Part shown: positions 1-9,259 of the stretch, in pieces
How positions within the stretch are numbered: position 1 is the stretch's first letter
How the letters are laid out: each line of letters starts with the position of its first letter
Source of the DNA: an uncultured Gemmatimonadales bacterium
GTDB taxonomy: Bacteria; Gemmatimonadota; Gemmatimonadetes; Gemmatimonadales; GWC2-71-9
Length of the DNA: 64,000 bases
Assembly (NCBI GenBank): GCA_963842945.1
Contig: CAWJIM010000005.1
Coordinates: forward strand, 148,361-212,360
Direction of reading: 5' to 3'
Program-made: the position numbers and the translations under genes
The notes under the pieces: generated by a model
The model's database searches: none
The model's input: only the letters and a program-made list of their open reading frames with translations
Told to the model about the DNA's origin: nothing

Positions 1-419
1 GCGAGCGAGTCAAGCGCCGCGGGATCCACATCTTGTTGAGTCGCCAGGAGCTGGATGACGTGAGTGTTTCCGATGATTGCTGATGACATGAGCGCCAGGG
101 AATCGGCGCGAGAGACACGAAGGCCACGAAGCGAACGGCCTCCCTCTATTTCTCCGGCGGTGAACGCGAGCTCCTCGATCAGCGACTGAGCCCGGCCGGC
201 ATCCACTCGAAGCGTGCGGTTGTGCAGCAGGGGCTCACGCCGGCTTGCGCTCGGCGAAATGCGGGCCGGCGTGAGAGCCAGAGGCCACCGCCCGCCGTCC
301 ATCGCCCGCCGCGCCACGTCCAGCAGACCGATCCAGCCTTGCCACTCCGGCCGCCGCCGCGCGACCTCGGCTAGTCGGGTGGTGGGGTCGCTCCGAAGAC
401 CGGCGGCGGTCCGTGACAT
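1..419 (-). CDS. fdhE: Probable formate dehydrogenase accessory protein FdhE, N-terminal part (runs off window)
   Basis: Manually read open frame from ATG 419 (MSRTAAGLRSDPTTRLAEVARRRPEWQGWIGLL...) with no stop to base 1. Last gene of the fdnG-fdnH-nrfD run. The diagnostic C-terminal CxxC motifs would lie outside the window. Confidence 0.55.
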   Translation of the reverse strand, partial: MSRTAAGLRSDPTTRLAEVARRRPEWQGWIGLLDVARRAMDGGRWPLALTPARISPSASRREPLLHNRTLRVDAGRAQSLIEELAFTAGEIEGGRSLRGLRVSRADSLALMSSAIIGNTHVIQLLATQQDVDPAALDSL

Positions 420-604
420 TCCACGCGCTCCGTCACACAGGGTGTGTCGTGATAAGGCTGGGCTCCCGCATGCAGCTCGACCGGGTGGCCCCAGTTCTTG
501 ACGTCTGCTCCGCGCTGGCCTCGGGGCCGGCCCGCTTCCGGGCTGGCGCACCCTGCAATCAGGCAGAGAGTGATTGTCACCCTGAGCGCAGCGAAGAGCT
601 CGGA

Positions 605-1570
605 TCATCTGACCCGTCACTCCCGATCCGATCACATGGATCTGCTCCGACGACAACAGCACCACCATCCGAAGCAGGAACCCGCCCAGCAAGCACCAGC
701 GACTGCACTCCGCAACCAAGCCTGCTGGCAGTGTGCCTCGCGTCCGCTTCGAGGACAAGCGGTACCAGGATGCCGACTCCGACCACACCGATCAGCAGCA
801 GCACAGCCCCACCAGCTCAGGAACACCCGCGCCACCGAGCCCAGCGATACCAGAAATGCAATCAGCACCACCAGCTCCAGGATCAGCACGTTGCGGTCGA
901 ACCAGATCAGCCAGCTCAGCGACGCGGGATCGGCCGCTCGCCGCCGGATCGCCGAGCAGGATCAGCGCCGCCGCCCCGGTGGACGCGCCGGAGACCAGGA
1001 AGAGGAGACCGAGCAGATGGGAGTCGGCCCAGATCGGACGGTTGGTGACCGCGAGCAGCACCCCGGTGTAGCCGGCGATGAAGAGCCCGAAGATGCTCCC
1101 CAGCACCGCGATGACCACCGAGGGACCGCGGCGGCGGAGGAACCGCACCGGGGCTGACTGGAGCAGCCGCAGGTTCGGCCGGTCCTCACTCAGCGCGGCG
1201 AGCGCTGCCAGGAACGAGAACAACCCGAACAACAGCAGTCCCCACGACGCCGACCGACATCGGCTCCCACGCCTTGAACATCGGCTTGCCGGTGTGATTC
1301 TCGATCAGCATGTGCCAGAAGCGGAGCGGCCGGGTGAGATCGACGGTGAGCAGGAAGCCGCTGATCAGCACGCCCATGAATGCCAGATAGTAGCCCAGGC
1401 GGACCATCGGGGTGCGGAGGAGCGGCGGAAGCGGACCCGGAAGTCGAGCCTCCGAACACATGCAGCAGCGACGCCAGCATGAACGCCGTCCCCGCGATCC
1501 CGCCAATGAAGAAGTAGAGGATGATCCACCAGGTCCAGTGCGGCGCCGCGGTGAAGAAGGTGTCAGACAT
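605..1570 (-). CDS. NrfD/PsrC-family membrane anchor subunit (frameshifted in this read)
   Basis: MSDTFFTAAPHWTWWIILYFFIGGIAG..., LTVDLTRPLRFWHML, AGYTGVLLAVTNRPIW and ...GGFLLRMVVL are spread over several frames; hydrophobic NrfD-type motifs; 3' end approximate. Confidence 0.85.
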
Positions 1571-2420
1571 CCGCGCCTCCCTCCCCGCGTCCGGCTTCCC
1601 GCCTCCCCGCTTTCGTCCATCCGCCGCTTCCGCAGGCCGACCAGTCCGAGCAGCGCAAGCACCACCGCGCCGGCGGCGGAGAAGAGCGACGACGGGAATC
1701 AGGTTCCGGGTGGGCATCTTGGGCGACGTGGGCAGACCCGTACACCTCCGGCTGATCCACCAGGAGGTAGAACGAGTTCAGCCCGCCGAGGAACTTGTCG
1801 TCGGCGCCGTACAGGTAGGCCCGCTTCTCTCCCAGGGTGTGCAGCTGCTCCACCCGGGCCTGGGCCATCTGCCTGCAGCTCGCGAATGGTGCCGAACCGG
1901 ATCGAGTCGGTGGGGCAGGCCTGGGAGCACGCCGGCTCCATGCCCGCCTGCAGCCGGTCGTAGCAGAGGGTGCACTTCTGGGCGACGTTGGAGACGTCGT
2001 TGATGTCGATGACGCCGAACGGACAGGCGCGCGATGCAGGCCCGGCAGCCGTTGCAGGTGTCCGACTGGATCACCACCGTGTCGAACTCGGTGCGGATGA
2101 TGGCGCCCGGTGGGGCAGACCTCGAGGCAGGGCGCGTTGACGCAGTGCTTGCAGACGTCGCTCATCATCAGCCAGCGCCCGTCGGTCCGGTCCTCGCTGA
2201 ACTGCTCGATGAACTTGACGTGCCGCCAGTGGATCCCGTCCAGCCGGCGGGTGTTGTCGTAGCTGTCGCCGCTCATCTCGTGCTGCCCGCCGCCGGTCGC
2301 GGGGAGCTGGTTCCACTCCTTGCAGGCCACCTCGCATGCCTTGCAGCCGATGCAGACGGTGGTGTCGGTGTAGAAGCCCATCGGTTCGACGGCATGCGAG
2401 CGGGTCCGCTGGACGGCCAC
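1563..2420 (-). CDS. fdnH: Formate dehydrogenase iron-sulfur (beta) subunit (frameshifted)
   Basis: CIGCKACEVACKEWN, CKHCVNAPCLEVCP, CNGCRACI, KCTLCYDR and PACSQACPT 4Fe-4S motifs; C-terminal hydrophobic helix. Confidence 0.9.
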   Translation of the reverse strand: MAVQRTRSHAVEPMGFYTDTTVCIGCKACEVACKEWNQLPATGGGQHEMSGDSYDNTRRLDGIHWRHVKFIEQFSEDRTDGRWLMMSDVCKHCVNAPCLEVCPTGRHHPHRVRHGGDPVGHLQRLPGLHRAPVRSASSTSTTSPTSPRSAPSATTGCRRAWSRRAPRPAPPTRSGSAPFASCRQMAQARVEQLHTLGEKRAYLYGADDKFLGGLNSFYLLVDQPEVYGSAHVAQDAHPEPDSRRRSSPPPARWCLRCSDWSACGSGGWTKAGRREAGRGEGGADV

Positions 2421-2479
2421 GCTGCCGCCTCAGCCGCTGAACCCGCCCCGCCGCCCAGCTGCCCCGCCGCCCCGCTTCA

Positions 2480-5400
2480 TCACGCCTTCTCCACGTTGCA
2501 CACGAAGGCCTTGCCCTCGTGGATGCGTCACGTTGGGATCGCCGACCATGCGACGGTAAGGGTGTTCACCACGTCGCCGGTGACGACACCCTCCCAGCCC
2601 CAGTGCCAGGGCATGCCGACCTGGTGGACCACCTTGTCACCCAGCCGGAACGGCCGCATCCGGCGGGTGACCAGCGCCTTGGCCCGGATCTGCGCCCGCG
2701 GCGTGCTGATCCGCACCCAGTCGGTGTTCTTGATGCCCTTTCTCGCTGGCCAGCTCGGGTGAGAGCTCGATGAACAGCTCCGGCATCAGCTCGGCGAGCC
2801 AGGGATTCCACCGGCTCATCACGCCGGACAGGTAATGCTCGGTGAGCCGGTAGGTGGTGATGACGTAGGGGAACCGCGGGTCGGCGACGGCGGCGAGCGG
2901 GTTGTCGTCGCGCTTCCAGTACTTGAGCACCGGGCTCGACTGCTGCCGGTAGAGCGGGTTCCGCACCGGCGATTCGGCCGGCTCGTAGTGGGTCGGCAGC
3001 GGGCCGTCGAGCAGGCCCGACGGGTTGAAGAGCCAGCCCTCGCCGTCGGGGATCATGATGAACGGCTCCGTGCCCGAGAGCGCGTCGAGGCCGATCGCCT
3101 TCGGGTTGCCCGGCGCGTCGGCGCCTTGGTCTTGGCGAAATCGGGCGTGTCGTAGCCGGTCCATTCGCTTTCCGTCCCACCAGACCCAGCTTCTTGCGCT
3201 CGCTCCAGGGCCGGCCCTGGAGATCGGCCGAGGCGCGGTTGTAGAGCACCCGCCGGTTGGCCGGCCAGGCCCAGCCCCAGTTGCGCTCGCGCGCCGTGCA
3301 CGCCCGGCGGGTCGGGCTCCTTGCTGGCCGCGAGGTTCTGGTCGGGCGCGGGGTACACGCCGCAGTAGATCCACGAGGCGCAGGTGGTGGAGCCGTCGTC
3401 CTTCAGCTCGTCGAAGCCCGTCGAGATGCTGCTCCGGGTGGCCGGTGACGATAGCCATTGATCTCCCGCAGCACCTTGTGCGCGTCCGGCTCGCCCGGCG
3501 GGCCGATCGGACTCGCGATGCGGGCCGCCGCCCGCGCTCGCGATCCGGATCGAAGTCCCAGATCAGATTCTTGAACCCCTGGTCCCGCGGCAGGTCGCTC
3601 TCGGCGTAGAGCTTCTTCAGCCGCAGGGCGAGCTGGTGGGTGAACCAGAGATCGGAGCGGCAATCGCCCGGCGGCTCGGCCGCCTTGAAGTGCCACTGCA
3701 GCATCCGCTGGGTGTTGGTGAAGCTCCCCTCGGTCTCGGCGACCTGGGCCGCGGGGAAGAAGAACACCTCGGTCGCGATGTCCTCCGGCTTCACCTCGCC
3801 GGCCTCGACCTCCGGCGCCCGCTTCCAGAAGGTCGCGGTCTCGGTGAGGAAGTTGTCCTTGCACCACCAGCCACTCCAGCTTCCGCATCCCCTTGCGCTC
3901 CAGCGCGGCGTTGAGCGAGGTGGCCGGGTTCTGCCCGACGCAGAGCATGCCCTTCACCCGCCCGTCGGCCATGGCGACGAACATCGGCATGTGGGAGTGG
4001 TCGCCGGTGATCTTGGGGTGCCAGTCGTAGCCGAAGTCGTTCTCCGCGGTCGCCGCGTCGCCGTACATCGACTTGAGGTAGGAGACCAGGAACTTGGGCA
4101 TGTTGGCCCAGTAGCTGGTGGCGATTCGCTTCGGTCGCGAGGTAGTCCCGGAGCGTCGCGTGATCCTTGAGCGCCGACGGGGCCGGCATGTAGCCGTGGA
4201 TGCTGTGGTAGAGCGTGGGCACATCGGTCGAGCCCTGGATCGAGGCGTGCCCCCGGAGCGCCATGATCCCGCCGCCCGGCCGGCCCATGTTGCCCAGCAG
4301 CAGCTGCAGCAGGGCGCAGCACCCGATCATCTGGGGGCCGTTGGTGTGCTGGGTCCAGGCGACCGCGTAGGCGAAGGACGGTGGTCCGGTCGCGGCCCGA
4401 GTTCTCCAGGATCGTCTGCGGCCACCTTGGTGAAGCGTGTCCGCGCGGGCAGCCGGTCACCTGCTCGCACCATCTCCGGGGTGTAGCGGCTGAAGTGGCG
4501 CTTGACCAGCTGGAACACGCAGCGCGGATGCTTGAGGGTCTGCGTCGCGCCGCGGCGGTCGGCTTGAGCAGCGAGCGGATGACCGTGCTCGAGCGGCTCG
4601 CCCGGCCGCGGCTTGCTGCTGCGCCTCCTTCCGCCCGGGCGCCGCATTCTCCTCGCCGCCCCGCGGCTGGCCCATCTCGTCGCCTGCTGGGCTCGTACTG
4701 CCAGGAGTCGGTCTGGTACTGGCCGACGAAGCCGTCGTAGGGCCAGCCCGGCTTGTTCCGCTTGTACTCCATCAGGCCGGAGAACACGCCGTCCAGCTCC
4801 TCCGTGTCCTTGAAGTCGGTCCGGACGATGCGTGGCGGCGTTGGTGTAGTTGAGCAGGTACTCCTGGAAGAACGGGTCGGTCTTCCACCGCTCGTTGTTG
4901 ATCACGTAGTTGATCAGCCCGCCGAGGAAGGCGATGTCGCTGCCGGCGCGGATCGGCGCGTAGATGTCGCACATCGCGCTGGTGCGGGTGAAGCGGGGAT
5001 CCACGTGGATCAGCTTGGCGCCGTGCTCGGTCTTGGCCTTCATCGGCCAGCGGAAGGCCACCGGGTGGCACTCGGCCATGTTGGAGCCCTCGAACACGAT
5101 GCAGTCCGAGTGCTCCATGTTGCGCGGGTAGGTGGTCGCCGCGCCGCGACCGAGCCGGGTCCCCAGACCGGGGACGCTAGAGGAGTGTCATATTCGGGCC
5201 TGGTTTTCGATCGCGACCACGCCCAGCCCCCGCATCAGCTTCTGCTGCATGTGGTTCCACTCGTTGTCGAGGGTGGCGCCGCCCAGCGCGAAGATCGCGG
5301 TGGTCTGGTTGACCAGGGTGCCGTCGGCCAGCCGCTCGACGAAGGTCTCGTCGCGGGTCTTCTTCACCAGCTGGGCCACCCGGTCCATGGCCCAGTCGAG

Positions 5401-5769
5401 CTCCACTTCCTCCCAGTCCGCCGCGCCCGGCTTCCGGTGCAGCACCTTGGTGGCGCGGTTGGGGTTCTTGTGCAGCTGGTAGATGGCCGCGCCCTTGGGG
5501 CAGAGGCAGCCCTCGTTGTGCGGACTGCGCTTGTCGCCCTCGATGTTCACGATCTCGTCGCCGATCGTGTGCACGATCGTGGCGCAGCCGACCGAGCAGT
5601 AGGGACAGACGCTCGGAGTGGCCTTGGCTTCTCTGATCCGGAGGGCTTGGGCGCGGGCGGTGGCCGGCGCCAGACTGGCGCCGAGCCCGAGGAGCGATCC
5701 GAGTGCGGTTCCCGGCCCCAGGCCGGCGGCGGAGGCCTGGAGGAATTCACGTCGGGAAAGCTGAGTCAT
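2480..5769 (-). CDS. fdnG: Selenocysteine-containing formate dehydrogenase alpha subunit (Mo/W-bisPGD), Tat-exported; multiple read frameshifts
   Basis: Tat motif SRREFL; CPYCSVGC...C cluster; IENQARI-TGA-HSSSVPGLG active-site loop; GSNMAECHP, ALRGHASIQG, GPLPTHYEPAESP, TTYRLTEH; ends KAFVCNVEKA-TGA at 2480. Confidence 0.95.
5159..5190 (-). promoter_or_regulatory. Sec codon (TGA 5188-5190) and bacterial SECIS hairpin
   Basis: On the minus strand TGA is followed after 12 nt by the stem GTCCCC/GGGGAC (5159-5175) with a G-containing loop GGTCT. The TGA is at the canonical Cys/Sec-His position of FDH. Confidence 0.85.
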
Positions 5770-6058
5770 ACTGCATCCTATTCCTGGCCGCTCGCGTGGA
5801 TTGCGAGGGGCAGTCCCTCTTCAGAAAACGCAGCATGTCCGACGTTCGCTCGAACACCCGCACATCCGGCACCGGCAGCGCCAGCTCCCGGGGCTCCAGC
5901 TTCAGGTCGAGGTGAGGCCAGCGCCCGCCCAGGTGCAAGGCCGAGGGCGGAGCACCCACTCGAGCGCAGAACGCCCGCAGCTCGGCGAGGTCATTGCTGG
6001 TGGACAGCACGTGGGACCATCCCGGTGCCCAGAGATTCTCCCGATCCATGACGATCAT
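5747..6058 (-). CDS. DUF4031-like small protein
   Basis: MIVMDRENLWAPGWSHVLSTSNDLAELRAFCARVG...WPHLDL resembles the DUF4031 WxH..D..EL.AF...G..H.D pattern. ATG overlaps the upstream stop (ATGA). Confidence 0.6.
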   Translation of the reverse strand: MIVMDRENLWAPGWSHVLSTSNDLAELRAFCARVGAPPSALHLGGRWPHLDLKLEPRELALPVPDVRVFERTSDMLRFLKRDCPSQSTRAARNRMQYDSAFPT

Positions 6059-6897
6059 GCGCCGATACCGGCTCCCAGGAACTCGACTGTCCGCCGTACG
6101 ACCTCGCGGTCCCGCAGAATGGCGCGATGACCCAGACCGTTGGTGGTAAACAGCTCCGCTCCCGGCCATGCCTCCGCAATGGCGGAGCCATGGGCGTAGG
6201 GCACTTCCCGGTCGTTCCGGTCGTGGATGATGAGCACGGGCGCCGACATGCCGCGCGCGAGCGTGGGAATGTGGAGCTGGTCCCAGCTGATCTGCAGCCG
6301 GTTCTCCAGATTCCGCCGCATCAGGCTTCTCGCGCGCTCGGGGATCCGCAGATGTTCGGCAAAGGCGTGCGAGAAGAGGTACACGTCGGACGGAGGGGCC
6401 AGCAGCACGGCACGGGCCGGCTTGAGGCCATGCTTCATCGCCAGGGAGACCGCGGCGCCGCCGAGCGAGTGCCCCACCATTGCATAGGGCGGCTCGAAGA
6501 CGCTCGCCACGTCGCGGATGGCGCGGGCGAACTGGGGCAGGGAAGCCTGCCGTCCCTCGGAGGCGCCGTGCGCCGGGGCGTCGAACAGCACCACCCGAAA
6601 ACCCCGGGCGAGGAGCGCGGTCGCCATCTCGGTGAACCGGCCGGCTCTGGCTCCCCAGCCGTGCACCAGAATCACCATCGGTCCCTCGCCCCAGGTCCAG
6701 ACCGCGAGCTGATGCCCGTCGCTGGGTACCCTCAGCCGGGTGCCCGTGGCGAGAAATGCCTCCTCCGCGGGTCGCGGATTGTTCCGGGGTGGCCGGCAGA
6801 AGATCGTCTCCGCCCACCGGGCGGCAACGCCGGGAGCCACCGAACCCACTGTTCGGAAGGCGGTTCGAAGCACCCAGAGAGGAGGCGCGCTCTTCAC
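6055..6897 (-). CDS. Alpha/beta hydrolase
   Basis: HGWG oxyanion motif, GHSLG nucleophile elbow, HDRND acid, GLGH His. Confidence 0.9.
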   Translation of the reverse strand: MKSAPPLWVLRTAFRTVGSVAPGVAARWAETIFCRPPRNNPRPAEEAFLATGTRLRVPSDGHQLAVWTWGEGPMVILVHGWGARAGRFTEMATALLARGFRVVLFDAPAHGASEGRQASLPQFARAIRDVASVFEPPYAMVGHSLGGAAVSLAMKHGLKPARAVLLAPPSDVYLFSHAFAEHLRIPERARSLMRRNLENRLQISWDQLHIPTLARGMSAPVLIIHDRNDREVPYAHGSAIAEAWPGAELFTTNGLGHRAILRDREVVRRTVEFLGAGIGA

Positions 6898-7002
6898 CCA
6901 GACAAGCTAACACGGTGACCATCATCACCCGGCGGCCGCCGGATAGGGCTTAGCTTGACCTGATCCAATTGAGCCGCCGCTTCCTTTCTACTGGAGAGAC
7001 CC

Positions 7003-7368
7003 ATGTCCGACCCCAACGCCTTCGATCGCGTTTCACCGGCGGAAGATTCCACCTGGCAGGCCAGCTGGGAAACCGAGGACAACTACTGGACCGAGAACTT
7101 CTCCAGCCGCCCCTACGCCCTGGGGCCGGACTACTACGATCGCTTTCGGCCGGCGTACCGCTACGGCTTCGAGTCGGCGCAGCACCACGTGGGCCGTGAC
7201 TGGGATGAAGCCGAGCCCGATCTGCGGCAAGGCTGGGAGCGGTACGAGCACCGGGGCGAAACGCCCACCACCTGGGACGAGATCAAGCACGCGGTGCGGG
7301 ACGCCTGGGACCGGGTGGTCGGCACCCAGCGCAGCGCCGAGACGCGCAAGCCCGAGGTTCGGGAGTAA
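7003..7368 (+). CDS. Conserved hypothetical acidic protein
   Basis: GGAGAG RBS; clean 121-aa ORF with AYRYG...WDEAEPDL..GW...WDEIKHAVRDAW. Confidence 0.8.
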   Translation: MSDPNAFDRVSPAEDSTWQASWETEDNYWTENFSSRPYALGPDYYDRFRPAYRYGFESAQHHVGRDWDEAEPDLRQGWERYEHRGETPTTWDEIKHAVRDAWDRVVGTQRSAETRKPEVRE

Positions 7369-7377
7369 CTTTCGGGC

Positions 7378-8526
7378 ATGGCCGATTCGATCCGCGACCT
7401 CCTCTTCGGAGGAGTCGCCAATGCCCGCGAGCTGGTCGAGGCAATCGAGCCCCGCCGCTCGTTCGACGACGTGGTGCTGCCCCAGACCACGCTCCGCTCG
7501 CTCAACCACGCGCTGGCGCTGGTTCGGAAGCACGATCTGATTTTCCACCAGTGGGGCCTGGCCGAGCGCCACTCCAGCGGACTCGGTCTGGCATTCCACT
7601 TTGCCGGCCCGCCCGGCACCGGCAAGACCATCTGCGCGGAGGCGCTGGCGTACGCGCTGAACAAACGGCTGCTGGTGGTGCGCTACGCCGAGCTGGAGTC
7701 GCGCTGGGTGGGACAGACGGCCAAGCATGTGGCCTCCGTCTTCCGCTCGGCCGCGCGGCAGGACGCCGTGCTCTTCTTCGACGAGGCCGACGCCATCGCC
7801 GGGCGCCGTTTCACCTCGATGAACGCGGCCTACGAGCGGGAGGCCAACGGCATCGTCAACGTGCTGCTGCACGAGCTGGAGACCTTTCCCGGCGTGGTCA
7901 TCTTCGCCACCAACCTGGCCGCGAACATCGATCCCGCGTTCGAGCGGCGGATCCGGACCCACATCCTCTTCGACATGCCCAACGCGGAGGAGCGGGAGCG
8001 CATCTGGCGGGTCCAGCTCCACGCCCGGAAAACTCCGCTGGCCGACGACGTGGACTTTCAGGCCCTGGCCGAGGCTTACGCCAGAAGCGGGGGCGACATC
8101 AAGAACGCGGTGTTGAAGGCGGCCCAGATTGCCACCCTCGAGCCGGTCCCGGACCCGGAGAAACGAATTCACCAGCGCCACTTCATTCAGGGAATGGAGG
8201 AGGTCATCGCGGCGCAGGCGGTGATGTCTCAGTCGCTGTTCGATGAGCCGATTCCGGGCGGCGTGGACCGTCTCACCGAGACTCGTGAGGAGCTGCAGAG
8301 CGAGCTGGCGCTGCTGGCCGAGCGGTTCGAGGGTCTCGAGCGCACCATCCGGAAGCTTGCGGGGCAGCACTCGGCCACGCGGGGCGAGCTGGAGACTCGG
8401 CAGGGCCAAATTCTCGAAACCCTGAGCGCCGACCGCCGCCGCCGCGATCGCACCATGTACCTGCTGGTGGCGGGCGTGCTGCTCTTGGCTCTCGTCGCGC
8501 TGGTGCTGCCCTGGGTCAATAGCTGA
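7378..8526 (+). CDS. AAA+ ATPase (COG0464-like) with C-terminal coiled coil and membrane anchor
   Basis: Walker A GPPGTGKT, Walker B LFFDEAD, sensor ATN, D.AFERR; terminal LLVAGVLLLALVALVLPW helix. Confidence 0.9.
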   Translation: MADSIRDLLFGGVANARELVEAIEPRRSFDDVVLPQTTLRSLNHALALVRKHDLIFHQWGLAERHSSGLGLAFHFAGPPGTGKTICAEALAYALNKRLLVVRYAELESRWVGQTAKHVASVFRSAARQDAVLFFDEADAIAGRRFTSMNAAYEREANGIVNVLLHELETFPGVVIFATNLAANIDPAFERRIRTHILFDMPNAEERERIWRVQLHARKTPLADDVDFQALAEAYARSGGDIKNAVLKAAQIATLEPVPDPEKRIHQRHFIQGMEEVIAAQAVMSQSLFDEPIPGGVDRLTETREELQSELALLAERFEGLERTIRKLAGQHSATRGELETRQGQILETLSADRRRRDRTMYLLVAGVLLLALVALVLPWVNS

Positions 8527-8539
8527 AGCTCGGTCCAGC

Positions 8540-9259
8540 GTGGATCTGAGCGACTGGACTCCCTACGCGGAGGCGATGTCCGCCTTTCATCGCGGCAATC
8601 GCGACGCGTACATGGTGGTGTACGACGATTATGAGCGCGACGAAGTACCCCTCTCCTATTTCTTCCGCGGCCCCAACGAATTTCCCGAGGTAGAGCGGCT
8701 GGCCCTGAATCTGTGCCGTGGGCGGGTGCTCGATGTCGGCGCCGGCTCCGGCTGCCACACGCTCGCGCTGCAGGAACGCGGACTTCAGGTCACCGCGATC
8801 GAGATCCTGCCGGAGATGGTGGACATCTTGAAGGAGCGAGGCGTACGGGACGCCCGCCAGGCAACCTGGATGGATCTGCTGGACGAGCCGTTCGATACCG
8901 TCCTGATGATGATGAACGGGCTCGGCCTGACCGAGACGTTGCCCGGATTGCGCCGCTTCTTCCGGCGGGCTCGGCGGTTGGTCAAGCCTGACGGCCAGGT
9001 GCTGGCCGATTCCACCGATGTGCGGGTGCGGATGGAGCCGAAGGCGGGGCGATCCGGCGGCTCAACCCGTCTCGATGGCCGCTACGTGGGCGAGCTGCAC
9101 TTTCAAATCGAGTTCGAGGGCCGCAAGGGCCCGCCGTTTGCCCAGCTGTACGTCGATCCCGCGACCCTGGACCGCTCCGCCCGGAGTGAAAAGTGGAGCT
9201 GCGAGATCATCCATCCGCCCGATGAGTACGGCCACTACCTGGCTCGTCTCACCCCTTGA
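8540..9259 (+). CDS. Class I SAM-dependent methyltransferase
   Basis: VLDVGAGSG motif I; FDTVLMMMNG. Confidence 0.85.
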   Translation: MDLSDWTPYAEAMSAFHRGNRDAYMVVYDDYERDEVPLSYFFRGPNEFPEVERLALNLCRGRVLDVGAGSGCHTLALQERGLQVTAIEILPEMVDILKERGVRDARQATWMDLLDEPFDTVLMMMNGLGLTETLPGLRRFFRRARRLVKPDGQVLADSTDVRVRMEPKAGRSGGSTRLDGRYVGELHFQIEFEGRKGPPFAQLYVDPATLDRSARSEKWSCEIIHPPDEYGHYLARLTP

